Positions 1 to 53,552 of a stretch of DNA of 64,000 nucleotides are shown here, piece by piece. The position numbers were made by a program, and so were the translations under genes. The notes beneath the pieces are model-generated. The model made no database searches. It was not told the DNA's origin and was given only the letters and a program-made list of their open reading frames with translations. The stretch comes from Tubulanus polymorphus (taxonomy: Eukaryota; Animalia; Nemertea): positions 24,176,345-24,240,344 of the forward strand of contig NC_134028.1 in NCBI RefSeq assembly GCF_964204645.1, in the 5' to 3' direction. Within the stretch, counting starts at the first letter, position 1; the number at the start of each line of letters is the position of its first letter.

Positions 1-942
1 TTCTGCTAATTTGAATTTATCGTTTTATGTAAAAAGATAACAACAAGCCAAGGCTCTAGAATGACAATATGATTAGAATAGTGGCCTAGCCCAGCCTCCA
101 TAGAAATAAAGAAAAACAGCTTTTTAGTTGACTGTTTTTTATTGACATGAGGAGAATAATATCTGTAATTCTACATGAATTCACTATAATAGACTTTTCA
201 AGAAAGTGAAAAAATTCATCATATCCACATATACATCGTATTACTTTTTTTTAAATTGAGAGAATACTTTGTCAAACATTGCATATAAAGAAAGAAAAGT
301 AAATTCCATACAGCCAGATATACACACATATGTATCGTACATATATAGATATATATGTATATATATATATCATCAATATCATTGTTTACTATACAATATA
401 TTTATTGGAATAAAACAGCATTTTTATTGACTGCTGTTTGACTTCATATCGTCCATATATTCCTTGATATCAACATGCTCATCTTATTCTTACAAACCTA
501 AAAGGATTCGCCATATTCATAAATAGTGCTTTGTCGTGATTATTCTATGGTATGCCTAATTCACCAAATTGCGTGGTTCTAGTTCATCAATTATCCGAAA
601 AATAAACCACTAATAAACCTCTGAAGTTGTCGCCATAGCTCCAGTCAAAACTTAACAAAATTAAAGAGATAAATAGTAAAACTTATATATAAATATACGA
701 TAAGCTAGTTATAATAAATCATTAATCAATAACTATAATATAGTGGATTAGAATCTCATAATTAGTGGTAATCCATCGATTACCTTTACACGAAGATATT
801 CACGAAACCTATTGTTTGAACTGTGTATATGAGATTTACATGTATACTACTGTTTAATATGTATAAGTACTAATACATTATTGTAATAAAATGCCGAATT
901 ATTCTAGGAATTAGTTTCATTGTATAGATATTCTTCAGGTCA

Positions 943-1187
943 ATCAATGGTAGATCACAATATCCGTGATAAAACGATACGAGTAAAATCCCACAATAAA
1001 TGAATTAAGTGATAAAATGTTTATTAAAACATATAAGAAATATTTCGGATGGTTACTACCACCCTTCTTCAGTCTAAAAACTCATTTTAGACTGAAGAAG
1101 GGTGGTAGTAACCACCCGAAATATTTCATACATGTTTTAATAAACATTTTATCACTTAATTCATTTATTGTGGGATTTTACTCGTAT
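943..1187. mobile_element. Penelope-like pLTR foldback with a minimal hammerhead core on each arm (satellite unit 1)
   Basis: 103-bp arms 977-1079 and 1085-1187; CTGAAGA-A-GGGTGGT..ACCACCC-GAAATATT; 34-nt tail 943-976; 14-bp TSD TATTCT(T/C)CAGGTCA at 929-942 and 1185-1198. Confidence 0.8.
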
Positions 1188-1388
1188 TCTCCAGGTCAGT
1201 TGTTGGCTATTTTTCTATTTGTAAAATGTATTTATGATCTGATCACTTGAGAAAATATATGTGAAGTATGGTGAGAATTTGACGTGAATGATTTTTGTTG
1301 CTTTGTCTCTGGTTTTTGGGTGTCATTTATTAAGTATGACTGCAGGCATCAGAGGATATTTCCAGTTGGGATATTTTTTCATTCCTGA

Positions 1389-1550
1389 AGATTTTAAGCA
1401 TCAGGTGCTGCCCCTATACATATCGTCGACGGTGAATATGTGAACTAACTTATTACTTGCATGCCGCAGTAGGAATATTGTTCAGTCACATTAGTTCACA
1501 TATTCACCGCTATCGAAATATGTAGCGACAGCACTAGACGGTCAAAATCT
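1389..1550. mobile_element. MITE-like inverted repeat inside the satellite unit (second copy ~3057-3219)
   Basis: ~60-bp imperfect arms with a perfect 19-bp core CGGTGAATATGTGAACTAA / TTAGTTCACATATTCACCG. Confidence 0.65.
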
Positions 1551-2610
1551 GACACCGCGGGTCGGACCACTCAAAAACTTCTGCAATTGTTGAACTACTA
1601 CTGATGCTAAAAATTCATTCAACTTTCCATTTGTGAATAAAAAATGCATTTCCTAATATTAAATATTTTCTGCTAATTTGAATTTATCGTTTTATGTAAA
1701 AAGATAACAACAAGCCAAGGCTCTAGAATGACAATACGATTAGAATAGTGGCCTAGCCCAGCCTCCATAGAAATAAAGAAAAACAGCTTTTTAGTTGACT
1801 GTTTTTTATTGACATGAGGAGAATAATATCTGTAATTCTACATGAATTCACTATAATAGACTTTTCAAGAAAGTGAAAAAATTCATCATATCCACATATA
1901 CATCGTATTACTTTTTTTTAAATTGAGAGAATACTTTGTCAAACATTGCATATAAAGAAAGAAAAGTAAATTCCATACAGCCAGATATACACACATATGT
2001 ATCGTACATATATAGATATATATGTATATATATATATATATATCATCAATATCATTGTTTACTATACAATATATTTATTGGAATAAAACAGCATTTTTAT
2101 TGACTGCTGTTTGACTTCATATCGTCCATATATTCCTTGATATCAACATGCTCATCTTATTCTTACAAACCTAAAAGGATTTGCCATATTCATAAATAGT
2201 GCTTTGTCGTGATTATTCTATGGTATGCCTAATTCACCAAATTGCGTGGTTCTAGTTCATCACTTATCCGAAAAATAAACCACTAATAAACCTCTGAAGT
2301 TGTCGCCATAGCTCCAGTCAAAACTTAACAAAATTAAAGAGATAAATAGTAAAACTTATATATAAATATACGATTAGCTAGTTATAATAAATCATTAATT
2401 AATAACTATAATATAGTGGATTAGAATCTCATAATTAGTGGTAATCCATAGATTACCTTTACACGAAGATATTCACGAAAACTATTGTTTGAACTGTGTA
2501 TATGAGATTTACATGTACTGTTTAATATGTTTAAGTACTAATACATTATTGTAATAAAATGCCGAATTATTCTAGGAATTAGTTTCATTGTATAGATATT
2601 CTTCAGGTCA

Positions 2611-2855
2611 ATCAATTGCAGATCACAATATCCGTGATAAAACGATACGAGTAAAATCCCACAATAAATGAATTAAGTGATAAAATGTTTATTAAAACAT
2701 ATAAGAAATATTTCGGGTGGTTACTACCACTCTTCTTCGGTCTAAAAACTCATTTTAGACTGAAGAAGGGTGGTAGTAACCACCCGAAATATTTCTTATA
2801 CGTTTTAATAAACATTTTATCACTTAATTCATTTATTGTGGGATTTTACTCGTAT
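2611..2855. mobile_element. Same Penelope-like foldback in satellite unit 2
   Basis: Arms span 2645-2855; left-arm core mutated to CCGAAGA. Confidence 0.8.
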
Positions 2856-3687
2856 TCTCCAGGTCAGTTGTTGGCTATTTTTCTATTTGTAAAATGTATT
2901 TATGATCTGATCACTTGAGAAAATATATGTGAAGTATGGTGAGAATTTGATGTGAATGACTTTTGTTGCTTTGTCGCTGGTTTTTGGGTGTCATTTATTA
3001 AGTATGACTGCAGGCATCAGAGGATATTTTCAGTTGGGATATTTTTTTCATTCCTGAAGATTTTAAGCATCAGGTGCTGCCCCTATACATATCGTTGACG
3101 GTGAATATGTGAACTAACTTATTACTTGCATGCCGCAGTAGGAATATTGTTCAGTCACATTAGTTCACATATTCACCGCTATCGAAATATGTAGCGACAG
3201 CACTTGACGGTCAAAATCTGACACCGCGGGTCGGACCACTCAAAAACTTCTGCAATTGTTGAACTACTACTGATGCTAAAAATTCATTCAACTTTCCATT
3301 TGTGAATAAAAAATGCATTTCCTAATATTAAATATTTTCTGCTAATTTGAATTTATCGTTTTATGTAAAAAGATAACAACAAGCCAAGGCTCTAGAATGA
3401 CAATATGATTAGAATAGTGGCCTAGCCCAGCCTCCATAGAAATAAAGAAAAACAGCTTTTTAGTTGACTGTTTTTTATTGACATGAGGAGAATAATATCT
3501 GTAATTCTACATGAATTCACTATAATAGACTTTTCAAGAAAGTGAAAAAATTCATCATATCCACATATACATCGTATTACTTTTTTTTAAATTGAGAGAA
3601 TACTTTGTCAAACATTGCATATAAAGAAAGAAAAGTAAATTCCATACAGCCAGATATACACACATATGTATCGTACATATATAGATA

Positions 3688-3720
<33 letters not shown>

Positions 3721-4279
3721 CATCAATATCATTGTTTACTATACAATATATTTATTGGAATAAAACAGCATTTTTATTGACTGCTGTTTGACTTCATATC
3801 GTCCATATATTCCTTGATATCAACATGCTCATCTTATTCTTACAAACCTAAAAGGATTTGCCATATTCATAAATAGTGCTTTGTCGTGATTATTCTATGC
3901 TATGCCTAATTCACCGAATTGCGTGGTTCATCGTGTTCTAGTTCATCACTTATCCGAAAAATAAACCACTAATAAACCTCTGAAGTTGTCGCCATAGCTC
4001 CAGTCAAAACTTAACAAAATTAAAGAGATAAATAGTAAAACTTATATATAAATATACGATAAGCTAGTTATAATAAATCATTAATTAATAACTATAATAT
4101 AGTAGATTAGAATCTCATAATTAGTGGTAATCCATAGATTACCTTTACACGAAGATATTCATGAAAACTTCTTCAGTTAATAAATAAATACATGAATTTA
4201 TTGCTACTAAATATTGACGTGTCTAGTGCTCTTGATAAATTCTGTGCCCCGATTCTCGTAACGTCTCGTCTCGTAAAAC

Positions 4280-4588
4280 CACCTTCCCCAGGCAGGGATT
4301 TGAAACCGTAGCATCAAGACTCGCCACGATACGAAACCCTGTTACACTAGCCCGTGTGCATAGCTACGATGATGTCATTATCAGCTTATCAGATATCCGT
4401 TTTTATTTTAGCCCATATCTTATTTTTTCCATTTATAGTTTATCCGTGAAATTTGCCTCAGCGATTATACAATGAGCTATCTGATTGGTGCCGCATGTAC
4501 CTGCGCACCCGGTCTAGTGTGGCAGGGTTTCTTGTCGTGGCTGAGTCTAGCAACGCCATCAGGTACGAATTCCTGCCGAGGGAGAATG
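4280..4588. mobile_element. Inverted-repeat element with tRNA-derived arms, copy 1
   Basis: Right arm TAGTGTGGCAGG...GGTACGAATTCC (A-box/B-box-like); left arm is its imperfect reverse complement; homologous to 54525-54851. Confidence 0.7.
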
Positions 4589-5169
4589 CATAAAATCACC
4601 CATTTATTAAACGCCCGATCTACCTGGTTTTAGCAGGCTTACAAAATGCCATCTGTTCATAAATTTGAGCATCAATTCATTCATTTTTAGAATGAAAACC
4701 TTGAATAATTATAGATAAGGTTGAGTTACAAGAATCCAGTTGCGCAATCGTGCATAAGTTCTGACTCCAGAGTTTTTGAAATTGAAAATGAACTAATTGT
4801 ATCTCTTTATTGTCAATTCTAATCACAATTGCGGAAAGGGGCCAGAATTGCTAGTACTCCCATGGCTATACGGTAGTTATTATTTGTCCACACAACCGAA
4901 TAATAATATTTTCACATATCATATCAACTTCCACAGCAGAAAATATAAAATAGCCTCATTCCGATCTGAACACATGATTATATGTTGCGCACACATTATC
5001 ATTACAAATATATGTATCTTTTGGTTTGACTAGAAACACACCAATAACGGGCCAGGAGTCAGTTTCAAAGTTATTAGTTTAGTTTGGCTCTCGAGGCAAA
5101 GTAAATCGGCGATGATCTAATCATAGCCAAAATCAACTAAAAACTGTGAAATGGGCTCCTACATGTTCA

Positions 5170-5700
5170 TCAACAATGGCAAGAAAAAAAATCAGATTTA
5201 AGTGACCTGTAATGAATAAACTTCTCGATAAACTGTTGTTCTCGAAAGCAACACAGGCCTAGTACAAATGTGCATCGCCATACGGTGTTTTTCACAATAA
5301 ACTTTGAAACAAAAAATGGGATATTATCAGTAAAGGTTAACCTCAACAAACAACTGAGATCATCATTTAACAAGTCCTATCATTATACTACGACTGGGCA
5401 GCCGGAAAGAACTTCTGCAAGTACGTACATAATTTCATCTCTGACTTCTCAACTAAGCAACCATTTCTCAATTGATTGCCACAGTCTTTTACTTAAGTAC
5501 CATGCAAGCTATTTTATATATACTTGGAACAGGACTTTTAAGAAACTCCTCGGCACTCTCATATCATATTGCTTTCATTTGATAGAAAATTATAGTTACA
5601 TTCTATTGAAATAGAGGCCACATGCTGAAAGATTCTCTGATGTCGACCGATGTTTAAATTCATGTACCACTAAGATACAATTTTCAACTATTACACTTCA
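5170..5700 (-). mobile_element. Possible degenerate L1/Tx1-type LINE 3' fragment
   Basis: Broken frames read RLWQSIEKW...KFIVKNTVWRC...IEKFI, reminiscent of Tx1/L1 ORF2 C-termini; judged by eye. Confidence 0.35.
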
Positions 5701-8159
5701 AACAGTGGTTACATTCAACAACCTTTGGCCAAGTTGCGCTGTATCATTGATTAAGCAATGTGCTCTATGCAATTTGTGTGCATGTATAACTGGAAATAGA
5801 GAATATATTACACTTACGGTACATAAAACACAAATTTTCTGTACATCAGTGGTTATCCTGAGGCCTCTAGGCCACACTGAGAGGTCAGTGCATCATTTCA
5901 CAGATAGAAATATTCATGAAACTGGTATCAAATCTAGCGAGCTCGTTTCATTTGATAAAGTATTCATCGAAAAACCAAGTTGAGCGCATAAGCTCCGTCC
6001 GAACGCACTTTCAGATTTTTCATTGCGTCATTTAGAGATAATTTTGTTTTTGTTTCTATCGTTAGAGCACAAACGAAATGATACATCGAACCTCCGAACA
6101 TGACCTATAGAACAATTAATCATACTCTAATATTAATTATAATAATAACAATGATAATAATAATATTAATAATAATAATATTAATCATAATCATAAATAT
6201 ATAGACCCACAAAAACGGGGCTTTTAGAAATATAAAATACCAGGTGTGGAATAATGTAGACCAATAAAACGGTGATGATATTACCCTAAATGACATAAAC
6301 ATACATCGACATTCATAACGATATTGTTTTATTAATTAATGACTACTTCGTAACGACTTTAAAGATCGATTTAGTGCATGACGTTAACTGAAAGCTTTAG
6401 AAGCGCATTCGTGTTACAAGATAGTAAGTACACCCAGAATGAGATCGAACTCATATTCATAATTTTAACATCGTCCGCTGAAGCAGCGCTACGTTTCTCA
6501 AAAGCTGCGCATAAAAATGTTGATTTCCTGCTAAAGTGAAGGACGATGCCGCTAATGTTTAGGTGCTTTCAAACTGTATATATCAAAAATAAAATCTGTG
6601 CGTAATGAATGAAATTTTCAACTACCCGGAACATGGATTTCTATATTCAGATGTGTGTCGATAAATGAATCTCAAATGCAATAATCTTAGTTGACACTTA
6701 ATTCTAAACGATTGTTTGTATCTTCAGAAGAACTTAAGTTACTAGTGTACAGAAAAACAACGTGTTTGGCAGAGTATCACTCATCTAACTAGTACTGATC
6801 GTATCTAAAATTTCACTTGGACTCAAATTTGAGTATTTCGTAAACAATACTTCAAATATTCAATAATGAGAATGAGTTTAAGCCATTTATTCTTTGAAAT
6901 GATGTTCTCCATAATATTTACAATGGCAAGCACATTCAGACCAGATGTTATTACGTTTACATTTTTTTTTAGGTAATACTGTGCATTTCATGGACTAGAT
7001 CTTCGAGAGTTTTTTCAACCACAAATTATATATTTTGTCTTGTGCGTACGATCGGTTTCTATTCATTTTTGGATAATCATTTACTAAAGAAGACCATGGA
7101 CGCATACGTCCATGAGAAGACTAAGTAAACTGGCCCAGTTCGACACAGTCATCTGTGTAACTGGGCCGTTAAAACGGAATTGATCAATTAGAAGAGATGC
7201 CAGATTGAATAAATTGAGTAAATTACTGCAAAAAAATATCAGTGCTAAGACTACATTATCATGCTAAGGCAACTAGAAATTAAGGGAATCTTAAAGTACA
7301 CCTTTTTCTAAATTTCAAAGTTCTGTAAGCCGTGGATCGAAGATCCACTTCTTATCCAGAATATTGATTTCTGACAGCATACTACAGTGATGTGCCAGAC
7401 AATAAGTATACATCAGATAACACACTAATATACCTGTATACACTAAATGTATGTACATATACACATGTACAGCATTGTAGACTTATGTATAGTTTGTATA
7501 CTGAAAGAACTTAAAAAAGCACCATAATATCAACTTTTCTAAATATATGCTTCGAACACAACAAAGTAAACAGCCAGTTTTGATGTAAATCTATTCAGAT
7601 TAAACCGAATTATCATTAGTGGTCTGCATTGTTCAATCTGTCTCCATCCTGTTTCAGTGTAGATGGTGTAAAAAACCTGCACCATTCAACCGCACCGAGT
7701 ATGCAAAATACATCGAAAATAAAACAGCCCTAATTTCCTAACTGTTCCATCGAATTGACATCATTATACACAGACACATTCTTAGATAGATCGAAAATAC
7801 ACTTTACTTCGAAGCAGTAGCTACTGACTGTACAAATAATTTTTTTTGTTTTGTTGTAGTCGTAAATTTCAGAAGAACAGTGAATGAAATTACATGCGAT
7901 TATCTATTTCAGCGTTACAACTGAGACTACAATCTAAAAGTGCGGGTAAAGTCCGTTTCGTACGTACACCGGAGCTTGAATCGTCGATTCCAGTAGCATC
8001 TCTCTCAATCCAGCGCAACCATCACGTTTTCCCCTCATTCCATCTCATTTTATCACAAAGTCGATGGCAATAGAAGTGTCCAATCAGGCCAGCGAACATA
8101 TATATATATATTTCAATTGATAAACCTAGTTATGAACGGGTCTCTCAACCCGACCGTTC

Positions 8160-47980
<39,821 letters not shown>

Positions 47981-50577
47981 CTGTAATGAGAAAAAATACG
48001 GCACATAGCAAGAATTAGCATCGCGAAGCCATCAGCGACAGGGCTGCATCTGGGGGTACCTCACACAAAAATCTAAAATGTCCTTCTTGACGATACGGAG
48101 GAAAAATTTGAAACGACTTTGAAAACGTTTGTAACGCTTTGAGGCATAATTTCCTGAATTTTCCAAGAACTCTAAATCTTATGATATGTTGGCAGGGGGG
48201 CTCGGGCTGGGGGTAGCTGAGGGTGTGTCTTTGTTAAAACAAGTACACATGAAAACATATCAAAGTTTCTTCATCCCATCTCTATATTCTGGCAGTACAT
48301 CCATCATTCTTTAGTCATGTTGCTTACAAAAATCAAATCTGATGAATCCAATAATTTGCCTTTTTTAAAAAGTGCCTTACTATTCCCTGTTCTTTGGCGC
48401 TATAATCAATATCGGGCCGTGGATTCGCCTCTGAGCGAAATCAACCACCGAATTATACTTCAAACACACAACGGATGAAATAACAGATTTATTTGTCATT
48501 TAATCAACATTTTTGTCAAGTGAAGCGGAAAAGTACGGGTTGAGTTTTAACAATAGCAAAGATAAAATACACGATGCTCGTTCTTCGTTCGTTTGCAATT
48601 CAAATTTACAGAACTACTTTTTACGCACATATCTGGTCGATATCTACGGAATCTGTCGCTGACTATGGCTAATAGATACAGCTTGCGGTATCGACACATC
48701 GATAAGCAAACGTGTTGACAGCAGCTCGAATCGATAATCGGTTTTCGTCGAATTTTTAGTACATTAAAATTTCATACGCTGCTGGAAAAACATGCCACAT
48801 TACGATATAATACACTGCGCGGCGGTGCAGTTCATTCAATCAACTTCGAGAGAAAAAAGTGCGTATATACTTTTACATTAGCGTCATATTGTCACTCGAT
48901 GGATTTCCTGTTCACCGCCTGTTTTCCTATATTTCTGACACATTTCCCACAATATTTCCACGCAACCTACTAAAAGCAGGAAGCGGGCGCGATAATATTC
49001 AGGTTGCGACAATCTATATGAATCAATATTTCACGGCAATCAAACATTTAATTGACTCAAATCCAGAAAGAGGGAGGGAGGGAAGGAGTAGTGAGAGTGG
49101 GGAGATAAGCCACGATCGGATGACATGAGCAAATTAGGCCCGGAACAAGCGTTCATACTGGTGCCAAACGGGCCCGGGCCGAGTAGGCACAAATTTGGAC
49201 ACTGTTTAATAATGAAATTAATGATACATGAAATGAACCTTAAATGAGTATCTAAGATATTGATTAGAACAGCTCCTCCATCAAACACTTTTAAAAAGGA
49301 CAATAAAATATACATCTAGTTCTTCAATGCAATTTATTCAGTAGGTTACCGATTGCAATAATTGCAGTAATAGATCTACATCAGTGGTTTTAGTGATTTC
49401 AACCTTGAGAGAGATATTGGCAGCAGCACTGTATCCTCTTTCGATGTCAAATAAAGTGAACGAGCGCCTCCTTCAAACTACTCATAACTCATTAAATTTC
49501 TATCCAATTTCACAATTACGCGTGTATTATATTTCTATTCAAAACCACAGAACTGTCTATCTTGTTATCTACCTCTTTATATAGTAGTTTTCACCACAAT
49601 TTGACATCTAAAACAGTAATGAGCAAAACCCACAGTCGAGGATTTAACGGTTTATTCCGACAAGTTTTGACTTTAACTTCATCATCGGAGAAACCATCAC
49701 GAGGGTTTTGCTCATTAACTGACGGAGATTAATTTCAGTCTACCAGTCATTTGAAACAGAAGTTTAGTCGAAAATGAACGAGAAACCATTCTGAATTTGA
49801 GTGATAATTTCAGGAGTAATTGAGCTGTTAAAAGAGCAATAACTACTCTGAAATAGTTGTCGTAGTCAGGTCTGGCTTTATCATCATCATCATCATCATC
49901 CAGCAGCCATGAGCATGCGAAATGGATTTCGAAATTTAAAATAACAATGCTCCGGCGGTTTTCATAAGACACCTGCTGGAATCAGACAATTTTGTCAAGC
50001 GTCATTCACATCGACGACACCCTATCAGTACGGTTCAGTTACCATGGAAACTGGCTCCCATCGCAGTAGCATCATGCGACCCCTCGGAGATGGCAGCGAT
50101 TACTAGTACAGGCTACCCATCCGTAGATTTTATTCTTCGCGACGCAAGCAAGAAAATTCCTCAAATACCAGAATTTGCGATGATATATATCGGTGAAACG
50201 CGGCCGCGATGATGTAATACAAAGATTAGTGATTTGAGCAGATACTTTCTATCAATCGCGCGGCGTAAATACACCGCGCGGTCGGGCGATCAGTTGGTCC
50301 CGTGACAACCGTCACTCTTCAATAGCGATAAATCAAGTGAGACTGAAGTATAAAATATAGTCATCAACGTTCGTTCGAATATGAAATGATAAAAGGCTGC
50401 AGTCGGTATATACCAGAAACACGATACCACCGGTTACATAGAATAACATCGCGTTAAAAACAATTTCCACCAGAAAATGTGGCTGACAATTTGCGGTTTA
50501 ATTTTTTTTTAAATGATTTCAGATTTTTAGAGCCGGATCTTTCTCTTATGGAGGAGAGCTGTCATATAAACATTTAA

Positions 50578-50796
50578 CCCTTTCAGTGCTAACTTATCGC
50601 TACCCTCAAGTGATGGAAAATCCACCCCAGAGCGTTGTATAACAGGCACACCACTGTAGTGTGTTTACAGTGCAGTGCTGCGTATTGTTAGTTACTGATA
50701 TTCCAACATGTGTGACAGGTGCTGCCATCTTTCCGTAGCAAAGATAGATCATCACATATTTATACGTCGCACTGCGGTGTAGATGCACTGAAATGG
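50578..50796. mobile_element. piggyBac-type non-autonomous element
   Basis: TTAA-CCCTTTCAGTGC...GCACTGAAATGG. Confidence 0.8.
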
Positions 50797-52152
50797 TAAA
50801 GAGCGTCCACGCCGAATGGAAAGGAATTGCGAAAATGAATAATTAAGCTGTTTGTATGATAATATTGTCCCTATAGGCTAAAGTCATTCATTTAAACAGC
50901 GCATATGAGACGTGGGATAATGACAGCGAAACTGGTCGCAGCAGGCAAATCCAGTTTTGATTTAAGGATGATGGACGAACTAATTTTTGCCTCTAAGCCG
51001 ACGAAGGTTTCACAGAGTGTGACCGTCGACGATGACAGTTAATCAATAGTCGGCGTTTCAATATGCATGATATTACTTCATCAGAATCAGGAGTTATGTT
51101 CGGCATTCATCTCCAAAATGAATGTGAAAGCTTGTCGAAAAAAAACCTACCGACAAAACATGCACTGATCGCATAAATGAAAATTCATATCCGACACATT
51201 TACCGAGACTGTATTATTAATCCATCGCAGCATGGGAAACTTCCTACGCAATACTCTTCCATATACGTGACCGAATTAGAAACTTAACCCTTTCCAGTCC
51301 AGTCCCTATAATACCGGGTTCTAATTTGAGTGCTTAAAATTCTAATCCGATATCATCGTTATTCAGAATATCTTTAGGATCAGGTCTGAGACTAACTGGC
51401 TTGGGCCGTGTCAACCACGGACCCATTTGGCGCCAGTTTGAACGAATGATTGGCCTGACCCTTATCTAGTCAGGCCAAACTTGGCCCAGGTAAAATATGC
51501 TTATATGGCAAGTGAGGGGAGTCACTTCATCAGAACCAGTTAGTATTCACACAGAAAAATTGGACCTGTGCTACAATTTGGCACAGGTCTGGTTGTTTTT
51601 GGTAATATCAAATTTGGCCTGCGTCAAACAGGCAGGGATGCGTAAATTGGTACTTATGCAAATGGTATGAAATTTTGCCTCGGTAAAAAAAAAAAATCGT
51701 GTGATCACGGCTATTATTTTCAATACCTTGCGTGACGTTAATTTCCATGTTATTGACAAGAATGAGAATAAACGTGAAAAGATTTTTGATTCTGCTGTAG
51801 AAAGCAATAACATTCGACGACTCTCGATCGCGACGAGCCTCGGGGCGTTCTATTATCCCGGGTTGTCATTTATAATTCTTATCTATCCCGAAGTTTTGAT
51901 ACAGTATTTAAATGTCGCGTGCGAGAAAATCAATTCCGACGTAATGACTAAAACATTGAAACATACAGGTCATCGATATTTTACACGTCGCACGAGATCC
52001 GCAAAACGGATCGATCAATCATTTCACGCTTTTAATTTCTCATCAAGTTCGAGTAGATTTAATAATAATAAGAACGTTGTTGAAGAGATTTTGCAATCTT
52101 AAAGAGACGACGCGGGCGACGCCGGCGTCGGATAAAAAGTAAACAACTATCT

Positions 52153-52482
52153 CGATAGGTAGAACACAATATCCGTGTTGACGCGATGAGGAGAGAATCC
52201 CACAATGATAATAAAAAGTCCGAAAATGAAACTTCGAGATAGTAGTTTATTCAACGTTTCGACTATATCCTAATAGTCATCTTCAGGAATACTGTATTCA
52301 TTATTCCTGAAGATGACTATTAGGATATAATCGAAAAAACCTTGAATAAACTACACTAGCTCGAGGAATACAGTATTCCTGAAGATGACTATTAGGATAT
52401 AGTCGAAACGTTGAAATAAACTACTATCTCGAAGTTTCATTTTCGGACTTTTTATTATCATTGTGGGATTCTCTCCTCATCG
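52153..52482. mobile_element. Penelope-like foldback with three hammerhead copies
   Basis: Near-perfect arms spanning 52184-52482; tail GGTAGAACACAATATCCGTGTT; TSD (G)TAAACAACTATCT at 52139-52 and 52482-95. Confidence 0.85.
52248..52291 (-). ncRNA. Minimal type I hammerhead ribozyme motif
   Basis: TATTC-CTGAAGA-T-GACTAT(taggat)ATAGTC-GAAA-CG-TT-GAATA: 5-bp stem I, 6-bp stem II, palindromic ACGT helix III. Confidence 0.72.
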
Positions 52483-52507
52483 TAAACAACTATCTATCAT
52501 CGGCATG

Positions 52508-52544
<37 letters not shown>

Positions 52545-53552
52545 TAATTATAATAAAATTTATCATCTCAATGTAATAAAATCTCAATATCTGCTCCAAT
52601 TCATCTACTGCCGATCAATGAATTCAACTCAAGTGATCGCTCGGACGAACGGCCATGAAATTTTATTAAAGTTTACGAATCCAACGTCAAGTCCCTTTTA
52701 ATCGATCCTTACGGATTTAAAAATCTCTTCCGGTACGGAAAAGTTGAGCGTAATGATTAAGAGTAGTGTGTATGTAGAAAGCAAGCGCGCTAACCAATAG
52801 ATCAATAGAACTAGTTCACATGCAATGCATGGTTTTATGATACAGCGTGACATCCTCGATGAAAAATCTCTAGTCCGGCGTTTTTACTTAAACCAAATTC
52901 AGCCCGTACCAAGACGTGAACCCGTTTAGAAATACCCAAAATATCAATTGAAACGACCTTTATTGTTTTTTTCATACATTTCTCGGTGGTATACTTCCAC
53001 CTATGTTCAGAGTTTATCTGAAATACGATATCTCGTTTGAATTGATAATGTAGGTTTCTCATGATGATATTCATCGACGCTGGAAATAGGCACAACATTG
53101 TGAACTGTTGGCCCGGGCCCAATCTTGCGCAGGCCAAAATCAGGCCCAGTTTAAAAACGCTTGCGGTTAATGAATAACTCTGATGTTATGACAAATTGAT
53201 TGCGTACTCTAACATGACCTGTTCACTGACCGGTATAACATGATTCAAAGGTAATTAATCAATAAAATCAATGCCGTGTCCATCGTCGTCGTCGAGAACG
53301 TCGTCGAGAACATCGTTGGTTATCGTGAAATGTTAATGAATAATATCGCCATCAAAATCAAACGTTTGATTTAGATGAATTTTCCGTGTTCGCGTGGTTT
53401 TATATCGTCTATATTTGACGAATATATCGACCGGGTCCTGAGAAAAATGCGTAAACGTCGTAACCGGTTTTTGACGACGTCGCCGGGCAGCGTTCTGAAT
53501 CGTTTATTTCCAATAACGGGGAAAATAACAACCTAGGGAAATTGAGTTATTA

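Larger units (their letters stand above)
1..4170. repeat. Tandem repeat of ~1668-bp units, about 2.5 copies, open at the left edge
   Basis: TTCTGCTAATTTGAATTTATCG recurs at 1, 1668 and 3337; copies nearly identical; similarity ends near 4170. Confidence 0.97.

Noticed and set aside
1017-1250. Duplicated 77-aa ORF (also 2685-2918)
   Set aside because: Runs through the palindrome of the satellite unit; duplicated only because of the tandem repeat; no protein motif.
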